Of a DNA stretch of 64,000 nucleotides, positions 1 through 10,585 are shown in pieces (position 1 is the first letter of the stretch; each line of letters begins with the position of its first letter). The position numbers were made by a program, and so were the translations under genes. The notes under the pieces were generated by a model, which saw nothing but the letters and a program-made list of their open reading frames with translations, was not told the DNA's origin and searched no databases. Source of the stretch: an uncultured Gemmatimonadales bacterium (GTDB lineage: Bacteria > Gemmatimonadota > Gemmatimonadetes > Longimicrobiales > Gaopeijiaceae); the NCBI GenBank assembly GCA_963823035.1, contig CAWGKG010000018.1, positions 64,001-128,000 of the forward strand. The letters are read 5' to 3'.

Positions 1-174
1 TGCCGAGGACGCCCGCCGGCATCCCCCCTCACCCATTGGACGGCCGCCGGGCGGCCTGGGTTTCCGTGATGCTCGACAAGCTACCACGAAACCGCCGCGA
101 TGCCAGGCATCCGACCGGCCCGGGACCCCGCCGGATCCTGAAAGGTCGAGGCTCCCCCGCCCGTATATGCCACC

Positions 175-3100
175 ATGAGACGCCACCCGCCGACCTCGGC
201 TCCCGGCCTCGGCCGGAGGAGGGGCGTCCATGCCCGCACGCTCGCCGCGGCCTTCCTGCTTGGACCGACCCCGCTCCTTCTCGCCCCCGCCCCGCTCTCC
301 GCGCAGGGCCTCGTCGTGCAGGTCCGCGACATCGCCAAGGGAATCGCCGACGCGGGCGTCACCATCCTCTACCAGGGCAGCGCCCTCGATCGCGCGGTCA
401 CGGACGCCAACGGCGTCGCGCGCGTGGGCCTCCCGGCGGGGACCTACGCCCTGCGCATCGAGGCCATCGGCTACAGCACGAAGACCGTCGAGGACGTGCG
501 GGTGACCACCGGGGAGGTGAAGGCCGTCGACGTCCTCATGGAGCCTGCGCCCGTCGCGCTCGAAGGCCTCACGGTCGAGACCGGGCGCATCCAGATCCAG
601 CGGCAGAACACCGAGTTCTCGACGCAGGTCGCGGAGCGCACGATCCAGCTCCTCCCCGTCACGCACAGCGCCGTGGACCTCGTCGCGCTCACGCCCGGGG
701 CACGCCCCGGCAACGTCTGGGGCGGCGCGAACTTCCAGGCCAACAACTACCGCATCGACGGCGTCGCGGCGAACAACCCCGGGATGGGCGGCAGCCTCCT
801 GCGAGCCCAACGTGAACTGGATCGAGCGGGTCGACGTGCGCGGCCTCGGCGCCGGCGCCGAGTTCGGCGGCTTCCAGGGGGGCCTGATCGACGTGGTCAC
901 GAAGAGCGGGAGCAACCTCCTCCAGGGCTCCTTCCGCTCGACCTACCAGAACGACCTGCTGGCGAGCACCAACCTCGTCGACACCGAGATCGGCCGCGAG
1001 ATCGCACAACGCGTGGACGTGGAGGCCGAGGTGCGCGGTCCCATCCGGCGCGACGAGCTCTTCTACTTCCTCTCCGCCAAGCGCGTGCAGCAGAACAGCC
1101 AGGCGCTCAATCACCTCGCCGCCCTGGACACGAAGCGCCTGCCCTTCCAGGAGCGCAGCGCGGAGAGCAAGCTCTTCGGGAAGCTCACGTGGAGCCCGGG
1201 GCCGAAGCACCTCCTCGAGCTCTCGGGCGCGTTCACGGACACGCAGGCCGACAACTACGGGATGACAGGGTACGAGGCGGCGGGCGCGACGCACCGCTAC
1301 ACCGCGCCGACCACGCTCCTGAACGCGTCGCTCACCGAGGCGCTCGGCGACTGGGGCACCTTCGAGCTCAGGGCCAACCACTTCTCGCTGGACGAGCGTT
1401 ACGAACCCTACCAGGGGCAGGACGTCCCCGGACTCCGCACCTTCGCGCTCACCCCGCCCTACACGGCCTTCGGCAACGCCCCCTTCACGCTGCGCAGCGC
1501 CCCGACGAGCACGTCGGCCAACGCGCAGCTCAGCTTCCACGTCCCGACCGGGCCGCTCACGCACACGATCAAGATCGGCGGCGAGGTCACGCGCGGCTCC
1601 TTCCTGAACCGCCGCATCCGCAACGGCGGCATGACCTGGCTGCCGGCCAACACGTCGTCGTTCGACGCGGCCGACCCCGACACGTGGCACACGGTGAGCT
1701 CGCAGTGGGTGGCGAGCCAGTGGGGCGGCGAGGTCCACCTGGACGCCGACGTCGCCAACGAGGCGGCCTACGTCCAGACGGCGCTCGACCTCGGCTCGAG
1801 GGTGGCGATCACGCCTGGGGTCCGCTGGAGCCGCTGGACCGGGTGGCTCACGCCCACCTCGGGGGCGCGCTTCCAGGCCGTGCAGGCCACCGGGTGGGAC
1901 CCGCGCATCGGGGTCTCCATCGACCTGACGGGCGACGGCACGCTGGTCGCGAAGGGGCACTGGGGCCGCTACCACCAGAGCCTCATCTCGCAGATGTTCG
2001 ACCGCGTCGGCGGCTCGGACGTCTTCACGAACGAGGAGTTCTGGTACTACACGCGGGGAGACCTGGCCGACCCGACCACGACCTTCACGCAGGCCGAGCG
2101 CGACGCCCTCGTCGGCTCCAACGTCTTCCGCAAGACCGGCGAGGAGATCCTCAACGAGACCGGGCCGCTCCAGGACTACCGTCAGCCCTATATCGACCAG
2201 TGGCTGGTGGCTCTCGAGAAGCAGGTGGGCGACTGGCTCAAGTTCGAGGCGCTGTACACGCGCCGCGCCAACAAGGACATGGTCGCGCTCGTCGACCTGA
2301 ATCGGGCCACGAACTACACGGTGTTCGAGGACGTGCGCGTCTTCGACGGCGGCGGGAGCCCCGTCCCCTACGAGGGCGGAAGCGTCTTCCTGCACGAGGT
2401 GTGGGTCCCCAACTACACGCTCGTCGAGCGGCATCCGCTGCAAGGCGCGCGGCGACTGCCCGGACGCCCTCCCCGTGCCCGGCTACACCGCTGCCGACAC
2501 GCTGGGCATGACCTGGAACCCGGACTACGTCCTCACCACGGCGCCGGGGGCGAAGCGCACGTTCGGGCAGCTCCAGCTCAGCATGGAGATCTCCGAAGCC
2601 GCTCTGGGGGATGTCGCTCTCCTTCGTGCGACACGGACCTGAAGGGCAACCTCGACAACGTCAGCGGCTACACCGACCCCGAGAGCTACGACGCAGGACC
2701 GTACGTGCGCGTCAACGAGGCCGTGAACGCCTACGGCACGCTCGAGAATTTCGCGGACCGCGAGTGGAAGATGTCGATCTGGGGCATCCTCCCCTGGAAC
2801 GTGCGCGGCGGCGCCTTCTTCACGCACCAGTCCGGCGACCACTACTCGCCGCAGTTCCAGCTCGCCGGCCTCGGCTTCTTCCACTTCCGCGTCGGCACGG
2901 GCGCGCTGAAGCTGAATGGCCTGCCGGAGCACACCGGGCAGGAGCTCGACTACGCGCTGATGTATCCCCTGCAGGGCCACGAGGTGTTCGTCGGCCCGCG
3001 CGGGCTCCCGAAGCTCACCAGCCGCTCGAACCTGGACGTGCGCGTCGAGCGCATGTTCGACTACGGGGGGCGTGAGCTGTCGGTCTCCGTCGACATCTTC

Positions 3101-3283
3101 AACCTCTTCCGGAACCGCTCCATCACGAAGCTCAACACCGAGGTCAACAACGGCCCCGACTACGGCTTCCGGAACACCCAGTCGCTCTTCAGCACGGGCA
3201 TCGCGCCCAACCAGTACTTCCGGGCCCCGCAGGAGCGCGTGGCACCCCGGGCGCTCCGCCTGGGCGTCTCCTGGTACTTCTGA
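175..3283 (+). CDS. TonB-dependent receptor (Oar-like, N-terminal carboxypeptidase-regulatory-like domain); 4 apparent +1 frameshifts
   Basis: Signal peptide, GVARVGLPAGTYALRIEAIGY domain and plug motif NNYRIDG in ORF 175.., continuing in ORF 812..3283 (GAEFGGFQGGLIDVVTKSGSN, C-terminal LGVSWYF). Single extra bases near 803, 2430, 2594, 2630. Confidence 0.88.
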
Positions 3284-3292
3284 CGAACGGTC

Positions 3293-3362
3293 CCTCTGCG
3301 TCCTCTGCGTCCTCCGTGGTTGGCACTGCTTTTCACCACGGAGGACGCGGAGGACGCAGAGG
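3293..3362. repeat. 28-bp inverted repeat built of 9-bp tandem units; probable bidirectional terminator or REP-like element
   Basis: cctctgcgtcctctgcgtcctccgtggt (3293-3320) pairs with accacggaggacgcggaggacgcagagg (3335-3362), one G-U mismatch; lies between convergent genes. Confidence 0.8.
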
Positions 3363-3388
3363 ATGGGGCCGTGTAGGGGTTACCCGCC

Positions 3389-5836
3389 CTACTCGCCGCG
3401 CAACGCCTCGGACGGCTCCACGGCGGCCGCGCGCCGCGCCGGCACGAGGGACGCGAGCAGGACGATGCCCAGGAGCGCGACGGCCACGCCTGCCAGCGCC
3501 ACCGGGTCGACCGGGCTCAGCCCAAGGAGCATGAAGCGCATCGCCCGCCCGACGGCCAGGGCGGCGAGCGCGCCCACCACGAGGCCCGGGAGCGCGAGGC
3601 CCAGTCCACCGCGCAGGATCAGCCCCAGCACGCGTCGGCGGCCCGCGCCCAGCGCCATGCGCACGCCGATCTCGCGGGTGCGCTGCTGCACGGCGACGGC
3701 CACCACGCCGTAGATGCCGACGCCGGAGAGGAGCAGCGCGAGCAGCCCGAGCGCCGACGTGATCGACGCGGCCACGCGCTGCGGCAGGATGCCGATCCCC
3801 GTGTAGCGCTCGAGCGAGATGACCGGCGTAAGCGACAGGCTCCCGTCCAGCTCCAGCACGGCCTTGCGCAGCATGGGCGCCACGGCGCCGATCCCCCCGG
3901 GCGCACGCACCACCACGTTCACGGCCGGACGGTAGCTCTGCCACGACGGCACGTACACGAAGGGCTTCCCCTGTTCGGTGAGCATCTGGTTCTTCACGTC
4001 CTCCACGACGCCCACGATCGTGCGCAACGGCTCGTCGGCGTTGGAGGTGCCGAAACGCATCCGACGACCGATCACGTCCTCTCCGGGCCACACGCGATCC
4101 GCGAACGTCCGGCTGACGATGGCCACCGGCTCGGAGCCCTCGACGTCCTCCGCACCGAAGACGCGCCCCCGCAGGACGGGGATGCGCAACGTGCTGAAGT
4201 AGCCCGGTGAGACGAAGTTGAAATCCACGCCCAGGCCCGCCTCACCCCCCGCGTCGGTCCATCCCTCCGGGAAGGCCGCCGTCCCGTGGGAGCCGAGGTC
4301 GAGCGGGAGGTCGATCGAAAGCGCCGCGCCCTGCACGCCGGGTTGCTCCCGCAGCCTCTCCACGAGCTGTCGCTCGAAGACCATTCCGTCCTCGGCCTCG
4401 TACCCCTCCAGCGACAGGTCGACCATCGTCAGGTAGGCGTCCGTCGGGTCGAAGCCAGACTCGACGTCGGAGGCACGCTGGAGCGAGCGCAGGAGGAGGC
4501 CGGCAGCCACCAGCAGCACCAGGGAGAAGCCCACCTGCCCCGCCACGAACACCCGTCGCATCCGCCCCGCCCCGGCGTGCCCGCTCCCGTCGTCCTTGAG
4601 GGAGCCGACGAGCGAAAGGCGCGTGGCCTGGAGGGCGGGCAGGAGCCCGAAGATCAGGCCGGTGGCGACGGTGATGCCGAGAGCGAAGACGAGCACCCGT
4701 ACATCGGGGGAGAGGTCGACGTGCACCGGCACGGGCAGCGGCAACCGATCGATGGGTACGGCCGAGAGAAGCCCCACGCCCAACGCGGTGCCGGCCACTC
4801 CCCCGATCAGGAAGATCGCGAGCGCCTCGGTCAGGAGCTGGCGCACCAGGCGGCGCCGACCCGCGCCGAGCGCGAGGCGCACGGCGATCTCCTTCTCGCG
4901 CGCGTTGGCCCGCGCCACGAACATCCCGGCGACGTTGGCACAGGTCACGAGGAGGATGAGCCCGACCATCGCCATCAGGATCCCCATGAACGCCTTCACG
5001 GGTCCGCGTCCGGCGCCGGGGACCAGGCCGAGCGGAAGAACGGAGCCGCTGCGGCGCGCGTTCGTCTCTGGGTACGCCTCGGCCAGGCGGGCGTAGACGG
5101 CCTTCACCTGCTGATCCGCCTCCTCCAGCGTGGCGCCGGGCGCGAGGCGCGCCACCGCCAGATGCCAGCTCGAGCCCCGGTTGTCCAGGTCCTCGCCACG
5201 CCCCTCGTTCAAGACGGGGATCGCCTGGAACGGGACGTATACGTCGGGCTGAAAGCCGATGGTGTGGCCGTGGAAGCCCTCGGGCGCGATGCCGACGACG
5301 GTGAAGGCGACCCGGTTGATGCGAACGGTCGAGCCCAGCACGCCGGGATCACCCCCGAGGCGGTCCGCCCAGAAGGCGTGGCTCAGGACGGCCACGGTTG
5401 GGCGGCTACCGGGGACGTTCTCGTCTTGGGTGAAGAAGCGTCCCAGCTCGGGCACGACGCCCATCACGTCGAAGTAGGCCGGCTCCACGTCCATCCCCGT
5501 GATGCGCTCCCCCTCCCCGCCGCGGCTCAGGCTCCACACCTCGTAGGTGTAGGCCGCCATCGCCTGGAAGGCGGACACGCCTTCGCGCAGATCCTGGTAG
5601 TCCGGATAGGCGAACGTGTCGAAGCCCCGTCCCTGGGAGGTCCGCCCGATCTCCACCACGCGGTCCGGCTGGCGAACGCCCGCGACGGGTCGCAGGAGCA
5701 CCGCGGACACGGCGTTGAAGATCGCGGTGTTGGCGCCGACCCCGATGGCCAGGGAAAGCGCGGCGACCAGGGCGAAGAGGGGGCGGCGGCGGATCTGACG
5801 GAGGGCGTTGCGGAGGTCGGTAGCGAAAGCGTCCAA
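3389..5836 (-). CDS. ADOP/MacB-like duplicated ABC permease
   Basis: DLRNALRQIRRRP..LAIGVGANTAIF, LLVTCANVA..REKEIAVRLALGA, second FtsX domain RTREIGVRMALGA, ends EALRGE; TTG start at 5836 after GGAGAG. Confidence 0.9.
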   Translation of the reverse strand: MDAFATDLRNALRQIRRRPLFALVAALSLAIGVGANTAIFNAVSAVLLRPVAGVRQPDRVVEIGRTSQGRGFDTFAYPDYQDLREGVSAFQAMAAYTYEVWSLSRGGEGERITGMDVEPAYFDVMGVVPELGRFFTQDENVPGSRPTVAVLSHAFWADRLGGDPGVLGSTVRINRVAFTVVGIAPEGFHGHTIGFQPDVYVPFQAIPVLNEGRGEDLDNRGSSWHLAVARLAPGATLEEADQQVKAVYARLAEAYPETNARRSGSVLPLGLVPGAGRGPVKAFMGILMAMVGLILLVTCANVAGMFVARANAREKEIAVRLALGAGRRRLVRQLLTEALAIFLIGGVAGTALGVGLLSAVPIDRLPLPVPVHVDLSPDVRVLVFALGITVATGLIFGLLPALQATRLSLVGSLKDDGSGHAGAGRMRRVFVAGQVGFSLVLLVAAGLLLRSLQRASDVESGFDPTDAYLTMVDLSLEGYEAEDGMVFERQLVERLREQPGVQGAALSIDLPLDLGSHGTAAFPEGWTDAGGEAGLGVDFNFVSPGYFSTLRIPVLRGRVFGAEDVEGSEPVAIVSRTFADRVWPGEDVIGRRMRFGTSNADEPLRTIVGVVEDVKNQMLTEQGKPFVYVPSWQSYRPAVNVVVRAPGGIGAVAPMLRKAVLELDGSLSLTPVISLERYTGIGILPQRVAASITSALGLLALLLSGVGIYGVVAVAVQQRTREIGVRMALGAGRRRVLGLILRGGLGLALPGLVVGALAALAVGRAMRFMLLGLSPVDPVALAGVAVALLGIVLLASLVPARRAAAVEPSEALRGE

Positions 5837-5881
5837 AGGGCTCTCCGGCGGAAGCAGGGTCGCGGGGCGGACGGGAGCCCC

Positions 5882-5909
5882 TACGGCGGCCGGAACGCGC
5901 ACGGTTTCG
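5882..5909 (-). promoter_or_regulatory. Putative ECF-sigma promoter GAAAC-N18-CGTA
   Basis: Minus strand cgaaac..cgta about 45 nt upstream of the permease start; resembles the motif at 39901-39927. Confidence 0.4.
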
Positions 5910-5930
5910 GCGCGGGACGGTGCCGGTCGG

Positions 5931-8349
5931 CTATTCGGGGCGGAGGGCCCGCATCGGATCTGCGCGACCCGCCCTCCTCGCCGGTGACCACGCGGCGAGG
6001 ACGGCGACGCACGCCATGAGCGCCGCTGTGGCCGCCAGCGTCGGCACGTCCGTGGCCTCGACCCCGAACAGGAACCCCGACAGCAGGTGGCCCATCGCGA
6101 GCGTGCCCGCCACGCCGATCCCCACGCCCGCCGCAGCCAGGACGAGGGCGCCACGCACCACCGTCCGCAGGACGTCGGCCGCGTCCGCGCCGAGGGCCAG
6201 GCGCACGGCGACCTCCCGTGTCCGCCATGCGACCCCGTGCCAGGTGACGCCGTAAACCCCCACGGCGGCGAGCGCGAGCGCCAGGGCCGCGAAGACCGAG
6301 AGCAGAGCGGCGACGAAGCGGTCCGGCGCGAGCGCGTCGTCCACGCGAACGCGCAGCGGGCGGACGCCGGCCGGCGCGAGCGCCGGGTCGAGGCCGGACA
6401 CCGCTTCCCTGAGGTCCTCGGCGAACGCGAGCGGGTCGCCCGCGACCCGGACGACCAGCGACATCCTGCCGGGCGCCATCTGGCGGTACGGGACGTAGAC
6501 GGCCGGGTGGGGCGGCTCACGGAGCCCGAAGTGGCGGGCGTCGCGGGCCACCCCCACGATCGTCCGCCACCCCGATCCCGCATCGTCCGACCACGCGATC
6601 CGGCGCCCCTCGGCCCCACCGTCGGGGAAGAGGGCGCGCGCGAGCGTCTCGTTGACCACCACGACACGCTCGGTGGACGCGCGATCGGCCGCCTCGAACC
6701 CACGTCCCTCATGGAGCGTGAGCCCCACGGCCTCGAAATAGCCCTCCGTGACCGGCCGGATCCCGGCCTCCAGGTGGGCGGCCTTCTCGGGCGGAGGCGC
6801 ACCCTCGACGCGCAGCTCCGCCTCCCGGTCGTCCGGCGCGAGCGGGAGGACGCTCGTGGCGCCCACGGCGGACACGCCGGGGAAGTCCCGCAGCCGGTTG
6901 ACCAGGGCCTGGACGTAGGCCTGGCGGTCCGCTTCCTCCGGATACCGCGCCTCCGGAAGGGCGAGATCCGCCGCGAGCACGGGCTCAGGCGAGAAGCCGA
7001 GGTCGACCGAGTCGAGCGCGAGGAAGGACCGGATGAGGAGTCCGGCACCACCCACGAGGACGAGGGCGAGCGCGAGCTGCGCGACCGCCAGCACCGCCCA
7101 TGTGTCGACGCGTGCCCCGGTGCGGTTCGGGAGCGCGCGAGAAGGGGGTGATCCACCCCGGCCCAGGCGCAGCGCGGGAAGCAGGCCGAAGAGCAACCCC
7201 GTCGCCATCGTGACCGCGATCGTGAAGGCGAGCACGCGCCCGCTCGTCCCGACGCCCTGCAGCTCCGCGACCGCCTCGGGCGGCGCGAGCGCGAGGACCC
7301 CGTCCGTTCCCCACGCGGCCAGCCCGAGACCCGCCACCCCGCCCAGCACAGCGAGCACGAGGCTCTCCGTGAGGAGGAGGCCGACGATCCGCCCCCGCTC
7401 CGCACCGAGGGCCACGCGCACGGCCAGCTCTTCCCGCCGGGCGAGCCCCCGTGCGAGGAGGAGATTGGCCACGTTCGTGCAGGCGATCAGGAGGACGAAG
7501 CCCACCGCACCCAGGAGGATCCAGAGGGGCCGGGCCGACCTCCGTACGAGGTCGCCCTCGCAGCCCGGAGATCCTGAGACCGGCGTGGCGGTCCGTGTCC
7601 GGATAGGCTTCGGCCAGCCGGGCCGCCAGGGCGGCGCCGTGGGCGCGGGCCTGCGCGAGCGTCACCCCCTGTGCCAGGCGCGCGAGAACGCCCATTCCGG
7701 CGCACCCGGGCCCGCAGGGCGCCGGGGGCGACCCGCCGAGCGCCCGCCACAGCTCCGCGTCGGGCGCGAAGGGCGGACGGAAGCCCTCCGGCATCACGCC
7801 GATCACCGTGTACGGCATCTCGGAGAGCGAGACGCTGCGCCCGACCACGTCCGGGTCGGCGGCGAAACGCGTGCGCCAGGTGCGGTGGCTCAGGAGCACG
7901 ACCGGCGGCGCACCCTCCACGTCGTCCGCCGGGAGGAAATCCCGGCCCAGATCGGGCCGCACGCGCAGGATGCGACCGAACATCTCGTGGCTCGTCCGTG
8001 CCGCGTCGAGGACGACAGGCTCCCCCGTCCCCGTGAGCGTCGGCCCCCACGGGGCCCACGCGGCCGTGGCCTCGAACAGCCCCGGCTCCTCCCGGAGGTC
8101 CCGGACGGCGCGGAGGCTCAACCAGGCCCGTGGTGCCCCGCCCCCCTCCGTCTCGTCGCGCCACACCGTGACGAGGCGCTCGGGATCCGGATACGGCAGG
8201 CGCCGAAGCAGCACGGCGTCGACCACGCTGAAGACCGCGGTGTTCGCTCCGATCCCGATCCCGAGCGTCACGACCACGAGCGCCGTGAAGCGTGGCGCGC
8301 GCCACAGCGTCCGCAGCGCGTACCGAAGGTCTCGAATCAGGGTCCCCAT
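5931..8349 (-). CDS. ADOP/MacB-like duplicated ABC permease; +1 frameshift near 7559
   Basis: N-half MGTLIRDLRYALRTLWRAP..GIGANTAVFSVV in ORF 6985..8499; C-half VLLIACTNVANLLLARG..DPMRALRPE in ORF 5931..7505. Confidence 0.88.
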
Positions 8350-8404
8350 GTCCCCATCCCGTCTCGTCCCTACCGACCTCGTCCTTTCCCCTGCCGGAGG
8401 AAGG

Positions 8405-8439
8405 CAAAGGAGCGGCCGCCTCTCGACGACCGCTCCTTC
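8405..8439 (-). terminator. Possible intrinsic terminator or internal hairpin after the ABC ATPase
   Basis: Minus strand aaggagcggtcgtcgagaggcggccgctccttt stem-loop with a short U tract. Confidence 0.45.
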
Positions 8440-8526
8440 CGAGGGCGGACTCACATCATCAGCGTCCACACCCCACCCGCCCCTCGATCCCGAATTCACA
8501 TCACGACCACCCCGGATCGTCCTGCA

Positions 8527-9258
8527 CTAGTGCATGTCGAAGCCGGCCTGTTCCATCTCCTGCGCCTTGCGGGCGTCGTCCTCGCTGACGATCTGGCCGT
8601 CGAAGAGGTGGATCGAACGATCCGCCACGTGGGCGTAGCGAGGATCGTGCGTCACCATGCAGATCGTCGCGCCCTCGTTGTGCAGCTCCTTCATCAGGTC
8701 CATCACCGCGTTGCCGTTCTTCGAGTCCAGGTTACCCGTCGGCTCATCCGCCAGGAGGATCAGCGGCTTGCCCACGATCGCCCGCGCCACCGCCACCCGC
8801 TGCTGCTGACCCCCCGACAGCTGGCTCGGATAGTGCCCCATCCGGTGCGCCATCCCCACCCGCTCCAGCGCCGCCTGCACCCGCTCCTTCCGCTCGCTCC
8901 CCGGCATCCCCCGGTACGTCAGCGGCAGCTCCACGTTCTCGTACACCGTCAGGTCGCCGATCAGGTTGAACGCCTGGAAGATGAACCCGATCGCCTGGTT
9001 GCGGATCTTCGCCCGCTGGCTCGCGCTCAGGTTCTCCACCGGCTCGTCGTCGAGGAGGTACTTCCCCGCGGTCGGTGAATCCAGCAGACCCAGGATCGAC
9101 AGCAGCGTCGTCTTCCCGCACCCCGACGGACCCGCGATCGAGACGAACTCGCCCGTCCTGATCTCCATCGTGATGTTCGACAAGGCGTGGGTCTCCACCT
9201 CCTCGGTGTAGAAGACCTTGCTCAGGCCCTCCAGCTTGATCAGCGCCTCTGCTGCCAT
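8527..9258 (-). CDS. ABC transporter ATP-binding protein (MacB/LolD family)
   Basis: Walker A GPSGCGKT, LSGGQQQRVA signature, ILLADEPTGNLD, VTHD. Confidence 0.95.
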   Translation of the reverse strand: MAAEALIKLEGLSKVFYTEEVETHALSNITMEIRTGEFVSIAGPSGCGKTTLLSILGLLDSPTAGKYLLDDEPVENLSASQRAKIRNQAIGFIFQAFNLIGDLTVYENVELPLTYRGMPGSERKERVQAALERVGMAHRMGHYPSQLSGGQQQRVAVARAIVGKPLILLADEPTGNLDSKNGNAVMDLMKELHNEGATICMVTHDPRYAHVADRSIHLFDGQIVSEDDARKAQEMEQAGFDMH

Positions 9259-9298
9259 GTGCCACCCTCTCCCCGTTGGAGTGCCAGGATTCCGTCGT

Positions 9299-10565
9299 TC
9301 AGTTCTTGATCTTCACGCGGTCGAAGCCGTCCCACTGGGACATGTCCGACAGGATCACCACGTCGCCGGGCTTGAGCCCGTCCTTCACCTCGATCTCGTT
9401 CACCGAGCTCGCCCCCAGGTGCACCGTCACGCGGTCCGCGTAGGACCCGTCGGGCGTGAGCTTGAAGATGCTCACGTTCGCGTTGGCCTGACCGAACGTG
9501 GGGCGTCCGACGTACACCACGTCGTCGAGCCGCTCGATGATGACGTTGCCGTCCACGCTCAGGTCGGGGCGCGCGGACGGCGGCAGGTCCGGAGGAAGCG
9601 CGACGTCGATCGTCACGGTCCCGTTGCGCACGGCCGGATCGATGCGCACGACCTGCCCCACTGATCGTGTCGGTGCGCGTGTCGATGTTCGCCTGCTGCC
9701 CGACGACGATGTCCTGCGCCTGCGTCTGCGGGATGCGGATCTCGGCCTTGAGCCGGCCCGGCACCACTACGCGGGTCAGGTTCTGGCCCGACTGCACCCA
9801 CTGGCCCTCCTGCAGGGGGATGTCCAGCGGCGCGAGCACACCCGCGACCGGAACGTCCACCTGCATCGACTGCAGGCGATCCTGGTTGAACACCACCAGC
9901 TCCCTCAGGCGGCGGATCTGCTCGTTCTGCGCCTCGATCTGGACCCCGGAGGTGTTCTCCATGACCTCGAGGCGCTCCTCCTCGATCTTGAGCCGCTCCT
10001 GCAGCTCCTCCATCGACTCCTTGGAGCGCTCCAGATCGGCGCGCGCCACCAGGTCGGGGTTCTCGTCGAAGAGCTTCTGGTTCGTCTCGTAGACCCGCTT
10101 GGCGTCCAGGAACTGCGTGCGCACCGTCGCGACCGTGCCCCGCTGCGTCAGCTCCTGCGTCTGCAGGTTCGTGCCGAGCTGCGCGAGCGCCGCCTGGGCC
10201 TGGCTGAGCTGCTGCTGCGCCGTAAGGAGCTGCATGTCCACGTCGGGATTGCTCATGCGCATGATGATGTCACCGGCGTTCACGTTCGTGCCGGGAAGCG
10301 AGATGATCTGCTCGATCCGGCCGGCCGTGACGGCGGTGATCCAGCGCATCTGCTCGGGCACGAGCGTGCCCGGGCCCCGCACCTGACGGACCATCGTCCC
10401 CTGCTCGACCGTGTCACGCCACACCACGGCGCCGTCCACGCTGGGCGCCGCGGACGGAAGCTGCTGGATCGCCACCGTGAGGATGGCCACACCGCCCAGG
10501 ACCACGGCGGTCCAGATGATCCGCTTCTTCTTCTTCTGCGGCTTGGTATCGCGAATGATGTCCAC
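9299..10565 (-). CDS. Efflux periplasmic adaptor (HlyD/MFP); +1 frameshift near 9660
   Basis: VDIIRDTKPQKKKK + TM + VRQVRGPGTLVPE + coiled coil; continues in ORF 9299..9661 (VRIDPAVRNGTVTID..ARPDLSVDG). Confidence 0.88.
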
Positions 10566-10585
10566 GTATACGGGTCCTCTATGCG

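Noticed and set aside
1..174. Possible riboswitch (e.g. cobalamin or TPP) upstream of the TonB-dependent receptor
   Set aside because: No recognisable conserved riboswitch motifs by eye. An Rfam search would be needed, and the region is truncated by the window edge.
3293..3362. Possible CRISPR or IS end
   Set aside because: Only one inverted pair, with no spacers and no cas or transposase genes.
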